From contig NC_069003.1 of assembly GCF_001194135.2 (NCBI RefSeq), forward strand, positions 35,914,284-35,978,283: 64,000 nt of DNA. Direction: 5' to 3'. The stretch's first letter is position 1; every line of letters begins with the position of its first letter. The notes beneath the pieces are model-generated. The model ran no database searches and was not told the origin of the DNA. It was given only the letters and a program-made list of their open reading frames with translations. Source of the DNA: Octopus bimaculoides (Eukaryota). The translations under genes were made by a program, and so were the position numbers. Shown here in pieces: positions 1 to 14,300 of this stretch.

Positions 1-1
1 A

Positions 2-82
<81 letters not shown>

Positions 83-83
<1 letters not shown>

Positions 84-300
84 GGCAGCAAGCTGGCGAA
101 ATGCTTAGCGGTATTTCGTCTGCCACTGCATTCTGAGTTCAAATTTTGCCAAGGTTGACTTTGCCTTTTATCCTTTCGGGGTTGATAAATTAAGTACCAG
201 TGAAACACTGGGGGGTCAGTGTAATTGACTTGTCCCCTCCCCGAAAATGGCTCCCCTTGTAGCAAAATTTGAAACCATTATTATTATTATCATTATTATT
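83..300 (+). mobile_element. tRNA-derived SINE, family A (internally deleted, CpG-decayed copy)
   Basis: Same sequence family as 28873, 34890 and 63765; B-box-like GAGTTCAAAT; ends in (ATT)n. Confidence 0.8.
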
Positions 301-1309
301 ATTACTNNNNNNNNNNNNNNNNNNNNNNNNNNNNNNNNNNNNNNNNNNNNNNNNNNNNNNNNNNNNNNNNNNNNNNNNNNNNNNNNNNNNNNNNNNNNNN
401 NNNNNNNNNNNNNNNNNNNNNNNNNNNNNNNNNNNNNNNNNNNNNNNNNNNNNNNNNNNNNNNNNNNNNNNNNNNNNNNNNNNNNNNNNNNNNNNNNNNN
501 NNNNNNNNNNNNNNNNNNNNNNNNNNNNNNNNNNNNNNNNNNNNNNNNNNNNNNNNNNNNNNNNNNNNNNNNNNNNNNNNNNNNNNNNNNNNNNNNNNNN
601 NNNNNNNNNNNNNNNNNNNNNNNNNNNNNNNNNNNNNNNNNNNNNNNNNNNNNNNNNNNNNNNAAAACATTATTATTTACAAATACAAAGTTTCTTAAAA
701 TACTTTTAGAATATTAAAAATTCTGACGTATTTTGATAATGTGTAAAGCAAGTTGTTTTACAGATAAATAACAGTTAAAATGGATTGGGTTCGCATTGAA
801 TTTTTCCCAATGGAATTAATATAATTCTTGTATACATTTTTCTTTTTTTTTACTTGTTTCTTCATCTTAATTGTTGTTTGAATTTATGTGTAAACAAGAC
901 TCCCTTTGCCACAAATGTGTGGGTGGGTAATATTAGAATGCAAAGCAGAGTTGGATATCTTGAGGAAAAAGAAAAACCTCCAAGTTTATTGTTTTCATAA
1001 ATTTACAACTCTGCTACAAATATTCAATGCCAATCACATTCCTTTAAAATTTGCAATAATACAAGAATACCATCTCATCTTACATAGTTTATAAAACTAT
1101 GCAATGCATTGTTTGTGAAACTATGTGAGACTATAACTATAAAAGCATTACTGTTGTTGTTTAATAATTTTAATAGTAATACAACAAAATTTTTAACCAT
1201 AATTAACACTATAGCAAAATCAAAATCAAATAAGCTGTCCATGTATATTTTGAAAGATAATCATATAATCACAAAATACACACTCATATATAGATATATA
1301 TAAACTTAC

Positions 1310-1399
1310 GCTTTGGTGGCAGAAAACAATATTCCTCGTCATTAGTTAAACCTTCGCAAGGAATAAGAGTTGAGTTTGGTCCACATTCTTGTTGTACGG
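1310..1399 (-). CDS. Exon: FZ-CRD5 part b
   Basis: gtttttag|CC...AAGC|GTAAGT, 90 nt; VQQECGPNSTLIPCEGLTNDEEYCFLPPK. Confidence 0.88.
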
Positions 1400-2898
1400 C
1401 TAAAAACAGTAAAAAGGTGAGAAATAATTTTAAAATGCTTTCAAAAAGTCCCCCTGATTTTCCAACTTCAAAAGTTAGAAAAATCATGCAAGCTTTATTT
1501 ATCTATTTTGAGAAATATTAAATTTTGGTCTTTCAGACAAAACAAAACAAATAAAAAATATATATTTAAAAAAAGACGGAATTTTTAAAAAAATCCTTTT
1601 ATCTGATAATTGTGCTTTCAGTTTACTTTTGAAATAACATTGTCATTGTTTTGGATGAAATTTATATTTTTACAGATGAAACAATAATAGTGTGTGTGTG
1701 TGTGTACATATATACATCCCCATAACTGAGAGGCTCGACAAAAAGAGAACGAAATAAATGCCATGTTTGAAGTAAGTAGTGGAGTTGATTTGATGAAGTA
1801 AGACCTTAAAGATGCTATCCAGCATTGTAACAAAACAAAAAGAGTAAAAACTTTTATAGAATAAAATAATACATGCATGTACACACAGACATACATACAT
1901 GCATGCATAAACAGAGAGCGTTCTCTAAATGAGAGAGGTCCTTAACTGTGGTACCACAAAGATCGACCAGGGGTGATGTTAACATGTNNNNNNNNNNNNN
2001 NNNNNNNNNNNNNNNNNNNNNNNNNNNNNNNNNNNNNNNNNNNNNNNNNNNNNNNNNNNNNNNNNNNNNNNNNNNNNNNNNNNNNNNNNNNNNNNNNNNN
2101 NNNNNNNNNNNNNNNNNNNNNNNNNNNNNNNNNNNNNNNNNNNNNNNNNNNNNNNNNNNNNNNNNNNNNNNNNNNNNNNNNNNNNNNNNNNNNNNNNNNN
2201 NNNNNNNNNNNNNNNNNNNNNNNNNNNNNNNNNNNNNNNNNNNNNNNNNNNNNNNNNNNNNNNNNNNNNNNNNNNNNNNNNNNNNNNNNNNNNNNNNNNN
2301 NNNNNNNNNNNNNNNNNNNNNNNNNNNNNNNNNNNNNNNNNNNNNNNNNNNNNNNNNNNNNNNNNNNNNNNNNNNNNNNNNNNNNNNNNNNNNNNNNNNN
2401 NNNNNNNNNNNNNNNNNNNNNNNNNNNNNNNNNNNNNNNNNNNNNNNNNNNNNNNNNNNNNNNNNNNNNNNNNNNNNNNNNNNNNNNNNNNNNNNNNNNN
2501 NNNNNNNNNNNNNNNNNNNNNNNNNNNNNNNNNNNNNNNNNNNNNNNNNNNNNNNNNNNNNNNNNNNNNNNNNNNNNNNNNNNNNNNNNNNNNNNNNNNN
2601 NNNNNNNNNNNNNNNNNNNNNNNNNNNNNNNNNNNNNNNNNNNNNNNNNNNNNNNNNNNNNNNNNNNNNNNNNNNNNNNNNNNNNNNNNNNNNNNNNNNN
2701 NNNNNNNNNNNNNNNNNNNNNNNNNNNNNNNNNNNNNNNNNNNNNNNNNNNNNNNNNNNNNNNNNNNNNNNNNNNNNNNNNNNNNNNNNNNNNNNNNNNN
2801 NNNNNNNNNNNNNNNNNNNNNNNNNNNNNNNNNNNNNNNNNNNNNNNNNNNNNNNNNNNNNNNNNNNNNNNNNNNNNNNNNNNNNNNNNNNNNNNNNN

Positions 2899-2952
<54 letters not shown>

Positions 2953-5326
2953 AGGAAGGTGCAAGTATTTGAGGAAGGTGTGTATAGGTCGACGAATGGA
3001 TGGATAATTTGATAGATAGATGCAGGTATGGCTATGTGAGTAAGAAGTTTGCTTTGCAAACACTTGGTTTTAGGTTCAGTTCCACTGCTCCCTAGAAAAC
3101 CCTCCTTTCTTTGTATATGGCCGATAATGTCTGTGTATGCAGCAAGCAAATCACCATCTCATATATGGGAACAGTATCCCATTCTGAATCAGGCATAAGC
3201 TTTGTAGAGGCAAGATTAGTTGATGAAAAGCCATAACAGAACTAGCTTTCTATTATGAAACAAAAAATGCATTAGGCCCATGAATGGAATACTTACTTAG
3301 ACATGTACTTTTACAGGAGAATTTGGAAATGCCTTTTACACATTTGGGGAATAATAAACCACAGAAGTAATGAGCAGCCAACGCGGAACAATTCCTGGCC
3401 AGCACTGGTTCAGCATTTTTTTGGAAACTACGTTTCATAGATTCTAAATCATTATCATTGAGAAGATTTGGAGCCATTGTCTTAGAATAACCAGCTTCCA
3501 CACATGTTGGGAAGTCCAACACAATACACAAATCTGGTGAAAATAAAATGTAAATGATATTACATATAATATGCAAACAATGAAAATGAGAGAACGCATA
3601 TACATATATGCATACATATACATATACATATACATACACATATACATATATGCACACACAATGTATGTAATACAGAAAAATATTGCAAAGTAAAATTCAA
3701 ATCTCTATTGCTCCTTATAAGCAAAGCAGTGTGATTAAGGTAAGTATAAGCACAACTATGTGTTTAAGAAGTCTTACAAAGACCACATCAATCTCACTGT
3801 GTCGGATCCTGGCTAGCACCTCACTGTTTCAGCCTCAGCTGGATTATCCCTCTCCTGTGAATGACTTTGCAAATGGCAGTGGTTGTAATTTCACTAAGAT
3901 GCTAAAACAGTTTTATTAGGATTTGAAGCTATAACTGTAGGTACTGAGATGATTACCAGAAGTTATTAATTACTTACCCAGCACCAATTATGCCACCCTC
4001 ATCTACAAGACCACCTACATTTACATCAATTATGCCACCCTCATCTACAAGACCACCTACATTTACATCAATTATGTCACCCTCATTTATAACAATTATG
4101 TCATCCCCATCTACATCTATTAGGCCTCCATTAGCTAAATTAATTATACCATCCTCATTTAAATCCTCACCTATTATGTTGCTCATATCAACAATAAATA
4201 ATCTAACCTGGAGTTAATGTTGTAACCTCTGCTTTTGTTGTTGTGGTTGTGGTTGTTGTAGCTGTTGTTGTTGTGGGTGTAGGACCTGTAAAGGAAAGGA
4301 AAACCATTTAATTGATTTATTTATAACTAACAAAAAAAAAAAACAGGAATGTGATTGTAAAACAAAGAAAACAATGAAAAGAAAAAAGAAACAAAGAGGA
4401 ATATTTACGGTCTGTTGTGATATTTGGTGGAAGAAAGCAATACGCTTTGTCATCAGTTAAGAAATCACAATCAAAGATGATTGCCGATTTTCCACAGGCT
4501 TGTTTCACGGCTGAAACAGGAATAACACTTTATTTAAAGAAATTCTGGTTTATTATAGAATGTGATTGTAAACGAGAAGCTGCATTTTATCATTACGAGG
4601 TGGTTTCAAAGAGTTCCAGGAATAGCTCTATCGCGTGTCAACAGATGGCAGCACATGGTTGCAGGCACAGTGAGAAGCAGTGTGCCAAGTGACATCACTG
4701 TGTTTACTTGGCAAGTTGTGAAATTTGTGTTTTTGTGATCAAGTCTATGCTGTAGTCTGTGATTTTGTCGTGGAAGGGAACAAAAAGCCAATGTGAAATT
4801 TTGCATTAAACTTGGGATTTTGCTACAGAGACATTGGGCATGCTTCAGCAAGCTTACAGTGATGAGGCAATGGATCGTATACAATGTTCGAGAAAGAGCA
4901 TCCCTGGAAGATGATGAAAAATCTCAAAGACCTGCTATGAATGTCACCTCCAGAAATGTGGTATTGTGCATCACAAATTCATTCCCCGGGGTTGGACCAT
5001 CAATCAAGAGTCCTACTGAGACGTTTTCTCTCTCAAATCACTTATGCTCTATCGTATATGCACACTTACTTTACCCATCCAGTGGAGCATACTGACTCCA
5101 TTTCTTTTTAGCCTTCGAATGTCCTCAGTTGTCAGTCGACATCTCACTGCCATCTAGAATAGCTGTTTGTACACAGGCATCATACAATCTGCCTTTCACT
5201 GCATTTATGGATGGATGGATGGATGGATGGATGGATGGAAGATTTTTTTTTGTGTGTATGTATGTGTATACATGAGTGTGTATGTATGTGTATATATGAG
5301 TGTGTATGTATGTATAGATTACCCAA

Positions 5327-5364
<38 letters not shown>

Positions 5365-8300
5365 TCAGAGAAACAGAATGAATTTGAAATTTGCTAGCAC
5401 ATCTCTGGGAATTATCTGAAATTATATTTACATGTCTTTGGAATAACGCAGAAATGTTATCACAAAAGTAAGCTTACCTAGACAAGTTGTTTGACATGAA
5501 AAACGAATTTGTCCCAAAGTATTGCATTGTGGGAAAATGAGACCACACACATAGTGCAAGGCAAGTGGAGAGCATTTACGTTGGATAAGAGGCAAGGCCA
5601 GGGACTTGAAATTTTTCTCTGCTGATTGGTAGTCTTCATCACCAAAGACATTTGGAAACATGGTGTTGTTGTAACCAGCTTGTTCACAAACATGAGATTT
5701 CATATCAAAGCAAAGATCTACAAAGATGAAACAAAGAGAAAAAAGGAAGAAATGAAATATTAAAATGTGATGCACAGATACAGTGAATACATTATATATA
5801 TATATACACATATATATATNNNNNNNNNNNNNNNNNNNNNNNNNNNNNNNNNNNNNNNNNNNNNNNNNNNNNNNNNNNNNNNNNNNNNNNNNNNNNNNNN
5901 NNNNNNNNNNNNNNNNNNNNNNNNNNNNNNNNNNNNNNNNNNNNNNNNNNNNNNNNNNNNNNNNNNNNNNNNNNNNNNNNNNNNNNNNNNNNNNNNNNNN
6001 NNNNNNNNNNNNNNNNNNNNNNNNNNNNNNNNNNNNNNNNNNNNNNNNNNNNNNNNNNNNNNNNNNNNNNNNNNNNNNNNNNNNNNNNNNNNNNNNNNNN
6101 NNNNNNNNNNNNNNNNNNNNNNNNNNNNNNNNNNNNNNNNNNNNNNNNNNNNNNNNNNNNNNNNNNNNNNNNNNNNNNNNNNNNNNNNNNNNNNNNNNNN
6201 NNNNNNNNNNNNNNNNNNNNNNNNNNNNNNNNNNNNTGTGTGTGTGTGTGTGTGTGTGTGTATAAGAGAGAGAGAGAGAGAAATACAGATACATTTCCAA
6301 TCTTCTTATCAACTATTTCACATGAAATCACAGTCATCGATTTTTAGCTTCATGTTGATCTCAGTATTGATCTTTACTTTTTCTCACTCAACTTCTTATC
6401 CTTTGATTAGTATTCCAGACATTAAATATTGTTCGTGATGGATTTTTTTTGTTTGTTTGTTTTGGTAGTGAGCAGTTTAAGAAGGATTTGGTTGCAAATT
6501 TTAGCAAGGTAAACCCCTGTTTAGAAGCTTGCAAGGCTGGCCTAAACTTTTTAGTTATGGGTGGGTGGTGATGGTCGTTTTTATAGTAATAATGTTTATA
6601 GTAATGATGATGACCTTGAAAATGAAGAGGATAATGATGAAGAGGATGAAGATAATATTAGAGATAGCAACAATGATGACAATATAGAAAGTGAAGATGA
6701 TGATGATAATAAAGACAACATTGATATTATTAATAATGATAATAACATGGATAATGAAAATGTCAGCAATGCTCATTGCAACCAACTTGTCTAAGGTCAG
6801 GATGATAATTAATTGCAAAAATAATAATAGAATAATAAAGGTTATAATACCAGGTGCTGGAGTTTGTGACTTTGTTGTCTTACTGGAGACAGTGGCTGCA
6901 ACAAAAATAGATAGCATGTCACAGCAGTTTGGAAATAGATAAAACTCAGCAAACTATGCTGTCCACCTGATGCTCAACCATTCTCTAACAAACCAGTGTA
7001 ATGTTTCTTGGACACATCTACCCTCACAAACACACACATACTACATATATAAGAAAAATCAGGAATTTCAAAAATGATATCTACAACAATAGACTGTATA
7101 GAAATGAAAAGGAAAGCAATGAGAAATATGTGGGGGTGAACAAACATTATTTAATTAATATAATACATTATCATTAAGATAAATGTCATCAACTTCCAGG
7201 TGTTTAAAAGTCTACAGCCAGTCTGTGACAATTTGTTTATACCAGAATTATCTTCTAAGAGAAATATCATTAAATGATGCTAGACAGGTTGAAACGATTG
7301 TAGTGATCAATAAAGATTCTTATATCTTCTGTTCCTCTCATTAATTACATGCCCAACGGACATGCTTTACTGGCAAACTAATAGGTGTATACCACACGAT
7401 TTATTAACAATTACAAAGAATACGCAAACTGGTGCATCTTTCAAATTTTTCTTTTAATTTTACGGTTGGTCATACAGCATAATTAGTTGGTTAAAGTGAC
7501 CAATACTATGCTGTGTGACCAACTGTAAAATTAAAAGAAAAACTTGAAAGATGTACCAGTCTCTGAATTCTTTGTAATTGTTTGAAATTTACACTTTTGA
7601 AAATATGAATAATCCAGTGAAACGAACCCAGAGTAATCCATCAGAAGAATTGCAGTGAGATTGTTAATACTAAGTAATCACCAATGGTTATTACTACCTG
7701 ATGCAGTTAACCAAAACCTGCATGTGTATAATTTATTTAATGTGATAGGGTATGATTTGAAGGGGATTTGACTTCTATATCTAGCAGATTACACAATAAT
7801 CTACTTCAGTATAGGCAGAGGGGATAGTATTATACAATGTTCCTGCAATCCTACTAATTTCAGGATTAAAAATATTAACCAGTAAAGAATGTCATTTTAA
7901 TTGGTCAGGGACAACTGTTAGGAAATAGAAACAACAAACAGGCAGGACGTACTTGATGCAGTGGTGTGTGGTTCAGGTAGGAAACAGTACATCTCATCAT
8001 CAGTCAAATGTTCACATGGCAGGAGAGTTGCATTTTTACCACAGTTCTTTTCTATGGCTGGTATAAGAAAAAAAAAAAAAGAGAGAGAAAGAGGTAATAG
8101 ATTTGTGAATTTAAAACATGATGGTTCAGGCAACACTGTGCATATTTTGAGTGAGTAATTAATGTTTGAATTCAATCAGTTCTGCTTAATATTCTCATGT
8201 TGATAAACAAAGGAAATGCACCAAAACTAAGCATTANNNNNNNNNNNNNNNNNNNNNNNNNNNNNNNNNNNNNNNNNNNNNNNNNNNNNNNNNNNNNNNN

Positions 8301-11300
8301 NNNNNNNNNNNNNNNNNNNNNNNNNNNNNNNNNNNNNNNNNNNNNNNNNNNNNNNNNNNNNNNNNNNNNNNNNNNNNNNNNNNNNNNNNNNNNNNNNNNN
8401 NNNNNNNNNNNNNNNNNNNNNNNNNNNNNNNNNNNNNNNNNNNNNNNNNNNNNNNNNNNNNNNNNNNNNNNNNNNNNNNNNNNNNNNNNNNNNNNNNNNN
8501 NNNNNNNNNNNNNNNNNNNNNNNNNNNNNNNNNNNNNNNNNNNNNNNNNNNNNNNNNNNNNNNNNNNNNNNNNNNNNAAGAAAATTTTGCTTGACCATTT
8601 TCACATTTTGGGAACAACAAACCACACATATAATGTAAACTGAGGGGAGAACAACCACTGTTTATGATGGGAAGTGCAGAAGTATTAAATGATATTATGG
8701 CTTCTTCAGCAGTTTCATCTTTGAAATTTGGGAACATGGTTCGAGAATAGCCAGCATCAAGACATTTCTGGAACTTCAGTGGGAAACAGTTGTCTGTCAA
8801 AGATATAAAAGAGTTTAGAAAATGTAGTTGGCTGTTAATTTCCTTTAAACGTTTATTATTTGGTGTCAAAATGTTCATTGCAGCAACGGCAACATGGTCA
8901 CAGACATGATTACACTGCATTGGCTGCAGTTGGTGCAATGAACATTTGTATATTCTTTACTGATAACACCTCAAAACATAGTCTGGCCTAATATCTTAGA
9001 AATCCATTGAAATAACTTACAACCCACAATGACAATGATGTGACAATGACAATGATGATGATGATCTAGAAAAATAAAAGTATAATTTACCATTTACATC
9101 TGTAGTTTTGTGTGTAGTTAGTGTTGTCTGATGAACAGGGTAGGTAGACCTGGCAGGAACTGAAGAATGAAAAAACATTCAGAGATAAACAAAACCAATT
9201 CCTTTGACAACACTATCACCACAATTGACTGATTGGGGGAAAGAAGAGAGAGGGAAAAGCAACAACATGTGGGGTGGGGGAGAGAATGGAGAGAAGAGAG
9301 AAGAGAAAAAGTTACAGATTTTGATTTTAGATTGTATCGTCTTTGGACAACACATTTATTACTGATAATCTTGCAAGAAAAAGTAAGCTGTTATATAATT
9401 GTGAAAATATACACAAATACATACATCGTAAAACTAAAGGAAACATAAGAACAGAAATTGCTAATACGAGAACAAAAGAACACACACATACACACACACA
9501 CACACATCATGATATATCTCGACTTTGCAAAAGCCTTGATAAAGTCAACCATGGCATGATATGTCACAAGCCTTCATGATCTCAGCATAGTTGGAAAACT
9601 TGGAGAGTGGCTACATGACTTTCTAAAAGATGGAAGTCAAGCAATGGTGGCCAATGGAACCACCTCTAAGGAAACACAAATAGTGAGAGGTGTTCCCCGA
9701 CGCACTCTCTTAGGGCCACTGATATTCATAATGGTCTTCTCAAATAAGCCTTCAGCTGCTCAGAAAGCTACCCTTGTTAGCTATCTAGACAATAAAAAGT
9801 CTCTTGGAGGAAACAAAACCCTGAAAATGTTGCACACCTGCAATCAATCCCCTGTAAAGACTTTGAAGTCTTAGTTTGAATTTTCTTAAGCATTACTAAA
9901 TGTCTTCTATACTGAGAATTCCTGGATCTCTTCTGGGGACTATATCCCCTTTGCTCAGTGGAGCGCTACCTATAAATCACATCCATGGATAAGCAATTGT
10001 TGGGCACATCTACAAAGAATATCCCACTGGCTAATTTTGAAAAAGATTTACGACATATGATAACCCCCTCCCTCTTCCTGAACTAGCTCTCTTATCTCCT
10101 CTCACTATTCCCCGTCTTAACCCCCATAACCCTGCCAACCTTCCCACTGCTCCCCTCTAATACAGCTAGCTCTCCACATTTAATCATTCCATCCTGGAAC
10201 TTCTCTACATTAAGATCTGAAATGTAAAATCTTCTCTACCCTGATGACAGAGGCTCATTTTATCCTATGTTGATTGTATCCCCTATGGCCACATATTGTG
10301 ATCGACCACATCTACCAACATTATTATGGATCTCCAAGCCCCCAGAAACAACTGTTGGACTTATAACACCTTTCTTTCACCCCTTTAATTGCCTCTGTCA
10401 TTTGTACTCTGTGTAAGTTAGATGTATTAATATAAATCTCTAGATATCTATACTTAGAAATCCTTCATTTGAAAGTCTCCACCTTTTGCTTTCTCTCATT
10501 TTTCATGTATACATATTTTGCTTCATATCCAAACTAGTATATTTAATATATCTAATTTGTTTATCTGCATAATTGCCTCTATATACGTAAATATATGTAT
10601 ATATATATCATTGCTATTATTTTGAACTGTCATATGTCCAAATTTGACCAAATGCATTTTTTTCAATATCTCTTTTTGCTTGCAGTAGCCACTAATCTTG
10701 ATCAAACTATTGCCTCTCCAGCTGCTTCAGATGCCAAGATAACAGAAATCGTCAAAGTGTATTAAAATGCTTTTGCTATAGAATGGTGAAACTTTTTTTT
10801 GTTTTGTTTTTTTGTTTCTGAAAAAGCAACATTTTGGACTAATGACATTTTTGCATAACAGCAGTGACATATATGAATTATAGGTATAAGTAGGTATGTG
10901 TATGTGTATATATATATATATATTATTTTATTTTATTGAAGCTGAAAAACTTTATAAACTATTAACTCAGAGTTTCCTGACTCCATTCATCAGACAGTCA
11001 GCAGCATTCAGAACATACAACAGTTTAATAGTTTATAACTATTTATATGTATTCATGATTGTAAGTAGATACATAAAATTGGTTACCTGGAGTTGTTGTA
11101 GAAGACACAGGAAGGAAACAATGTTCTTCACTGTCAGACAAGTTTTCACAATCAATAATTGTACTGTTAGAGCCACAGCCCTTTTGAACAGCTAATAGTT
11201 TAAAAAAAAAAAAAAGAAAACAATCATCAAAAGATTAAAAAATATGCCTAAATATTTGTTTTGTTTATTGCACCTTTTGAGCGTTTTTGCCCCAAAATGC

Positions 11301-14300
11301 AGCCTTAAATATTTAGCATAAAAATAAAATAAAATAAAATATAGTTAAAAAATTCAATTTATAGATTGAAGGAATGTTTGAAATGTATGCATGTAGAAAT
11401 GGATTGTAGAAGAACATGGATTGGACCAGAAATCCTGTAAAGAACCAAGTGAGTCTGATATATTAATGACTGATCTGTTGTTTCAAAGCACATGGCCAGC
11501 AGCACAAGACCACCTTGACCAGTAAGATCAATGTAACTGATGCTCTTCTTCAACAGCTACAAGTTGACAACTGCAGGAAAAATACAAGCAAGGGCTCCAT
11601 TTCCAGAAGGTTGACAGACCCACAACACAGGACTGAAACTAGTGATTAGAATAGGGATTGGAGGAGGGTATTATGGTGGGGATGAGAGAAGCAGAGATAA
11701 GTGAGTTGGAGTTAAAGGACCCTCCAATACCTGTAGAATTGGTGGAATAAGGATACCGTATATTTGTAGAGCAGAGGTTGGAGTGGTAACTTCATGCCAA
11801 CTAATCAGGTGGTCTTTATATTTTGGATGAATGGTTTCAGGTGCAGTCCCATTCTGTAGTTGCCTGGAACAAGGGTCTCCTGTAACGGCTCCAGACCAAC
11901 AAACAAAGACATTGAAATTCTGCCATGACAAATTCTGTCTGACAGATGCAAGCATGAGAAAATGGATGTAAAAATGGCAGCAATAGCAGCAGTGGTAATG
12001 ATGGCAAGGACAATAATGACAACAAAGAATCTAAGGTGCCAGTGAGGGATATTGGTGCACCATACCAGATCTTTAAAGAGAGGGAAGGTGGGGGAAAGGA
12101 AAAGAGGAAAGAGAGAGCATGAACAAGATATTGCTGACTTACCAAGACAAGTGGACTTGCAAGAAAATTTTGCTTGACCATTTTCACATTTTGGGAACAA
12201 CAAACCACACATATAATGTAAACTGAGGGAAGAACAACCACTGTTTATGATGGGAAGTGCAGAAGTATTAAATGATATTATGGCTTCTTCAGCAGTTTCA
12301 TCTTTGATATTTGGGAACATGGTTCGAGAGTAGCCAGCATCAAGACATTTCTGGAACTTCAGTGGGAAACAGTTGTCTGTCAAAGATATAAAAGAGTTTA
12401 GAAAATGTAGTTGGCAGATTTAAACAATTCAGTTTCAATTGTTAATTCAAATATTATTTAAGCAACATGTTAGAGAAAGTCCAAATTAGAAAGTACAATT
12501 GATCTTTGACAGATCAGTCAAGAGGAGTCGCTTAAATATATTCATATGCTGATGGTATTTAGAACTTTAGAGATTCCTAACTTCCCCTGGACAAAGATCA
12601 GTCTCTCACCAAGTCGCCGATGTATGGATTTCAGCCCACTACTCTTAGCTAAATGAAACACTTCACAATTATAAAAGACCCCAGCCATATAGTGCTGGAG
12701 TGTTCTTTTCCATAATTGCTATTTCCAGGTATATCAAGTGAGTAATAGAGATATCTTCCCGGGAAACAGCAAAGTTTGTATGACAAGTCAGAAAAAATTG
12801 TTCCTATACAACTTGGTTTGCAGTAATTCAAAATCCTAACAGCTTGGGTAGCAATAATTTCTCTTAAAACAATTGGTGTATTTAGAAACCAAGCGTGGGC
12901 CATGTTAAACTTAGCCAGGAGATGCATGAAGAGACAGAGGATGAATATAGGAAAATATAAGTAGTTTACCATTTGTTTGTGTTGTCGTCCATGTAACATC
13001 TGTTGCTGTTGTTTGATGGCGAACGCTGGAGGGTCTGATGCTACCTGAAAAAGGAAAAAAATTAAAGCATAAAGAAAACAATATTTTATTTAACAACAAT
13101 ATCACCATAGGGCCATTAAGTGTTAATATCCTCTCTTGTCACATCTAAAGCTACCACAATAGTGTATGGTTAGAGGAGATACTTGTAATTTCATTCTTTG
13201 GCACAAATTAATTGAAACCAATTGCTTAAATTAGTTTGAAAATATATTTAAAACAAAAACAATGAAAAATATCAAACAATGTTTGATAGAATGTACTTTT
13301 ATAAAGGCTATTTTGAACAAGTAGATTTATTAAATTATCAGACTATTCTCAATTTATCTTCAGAGACTGAGATAGCATACAAATCTATACAAATTCCCCT
13401 TAAATTATATTTTATATTCTAAAGAATCATTACAAAATGTAATCCTAGATAAACTACAAAAAAAAAACTTTTGGATAGAGACAACTAGAGCAATTTTGGT
13501 TACATGTTGATGATAGATGACCTGGGGTTAAACAACAATTAGTTTCATCTAATGATCCCGGCAATTATAAGAATACTGGTCAGTATAGACGTGTTCTATG
13601 GTAGATATCCCCAATGTCAACCCTAGTTTCTTTCACTGTCCTATAGTCAATAAAATAATTAAAGGTAATATAATGATGTGATCCAATTAGTAATACCATC
13701 TTTCTGCCAAGACATCAAAGTGGCCACCTGTCAAGTGAAATTGTAAAAAATAACAAGTCTTTGGGACATACTGCAACAATGATGGTAGGGTTTCATTACA
13801 TGAAATAATTTAAGTTAGGGCTGAGCAGCTGGGGAAGGAAGACGTACTTGATGCAGTGGTGTGTGGTTCAGGTAGGAAACAGTACATCTCATCATCAGTC
13901 AAATGTTCACATGGCAGGAGAGTTGCATTTTTACCACAGTTCTTTTCTATGGCTGGTATAAGAAAAAAAAAAAAAGAGAGAGAAAGAGGTAATAGATTTG
14001 TGAATTTAAAACATGATGGTTCAGGCAACACTGTGCATATTTTGAGTGAGTAATTAATGTTTGAATTCAATCAGTTCTGCTTAATATTCTCATGTTGATA
14101 AACAAAGGAAATGCACCAAAACTAAGCATTATCTCCTGATTTCTTCCAGAAACTCCCTTACACTTTAGTGCCCATGACACAAGCAATCCAATAAGCTAAT
14201 CCAATAGCTACCTGTTTTGGAAATCCCTGTTCTAGGCACTACATCACACCTAATTACTTTATCCTAAATTCCAAATTTCACCAACCTTCTCTTTGACTCA

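Larger units (their letters stand above)
7946..8832. repeat. Direct duplicate of 13841-14743 (CRD part a exon, intron, part b exon)
   Basis: 7946-8236 is identical to 13841-14131; 8578-8832 is identical to the CRD1a region except one intronic base; the gap lies in the middle. Confidence 0.9.

Noticed and set aside
6555-6850. Acidic D/E/N-rich plus-strand ORF and very hydrophobic Ile-rich minus-strand ORF
   Set aside because: Both are translations of a degenerate (ATG/GAT)n intronic repeat; only 6851-6895 has exon boundaries.
9021-9065. Possible 45-nt His/Cys microexon (DHHHHCHCHIIVIVG) bounded by ttttctag and GTAAGT in phase 1-1
   Set aside because: Only 25 nt separate it from the donor of the well-supported linker exon 9091-9159, too short for an intron. 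It derives from a (CAT)n simple repeat. It could only be used mutually exclusively, for which there is no evidence.
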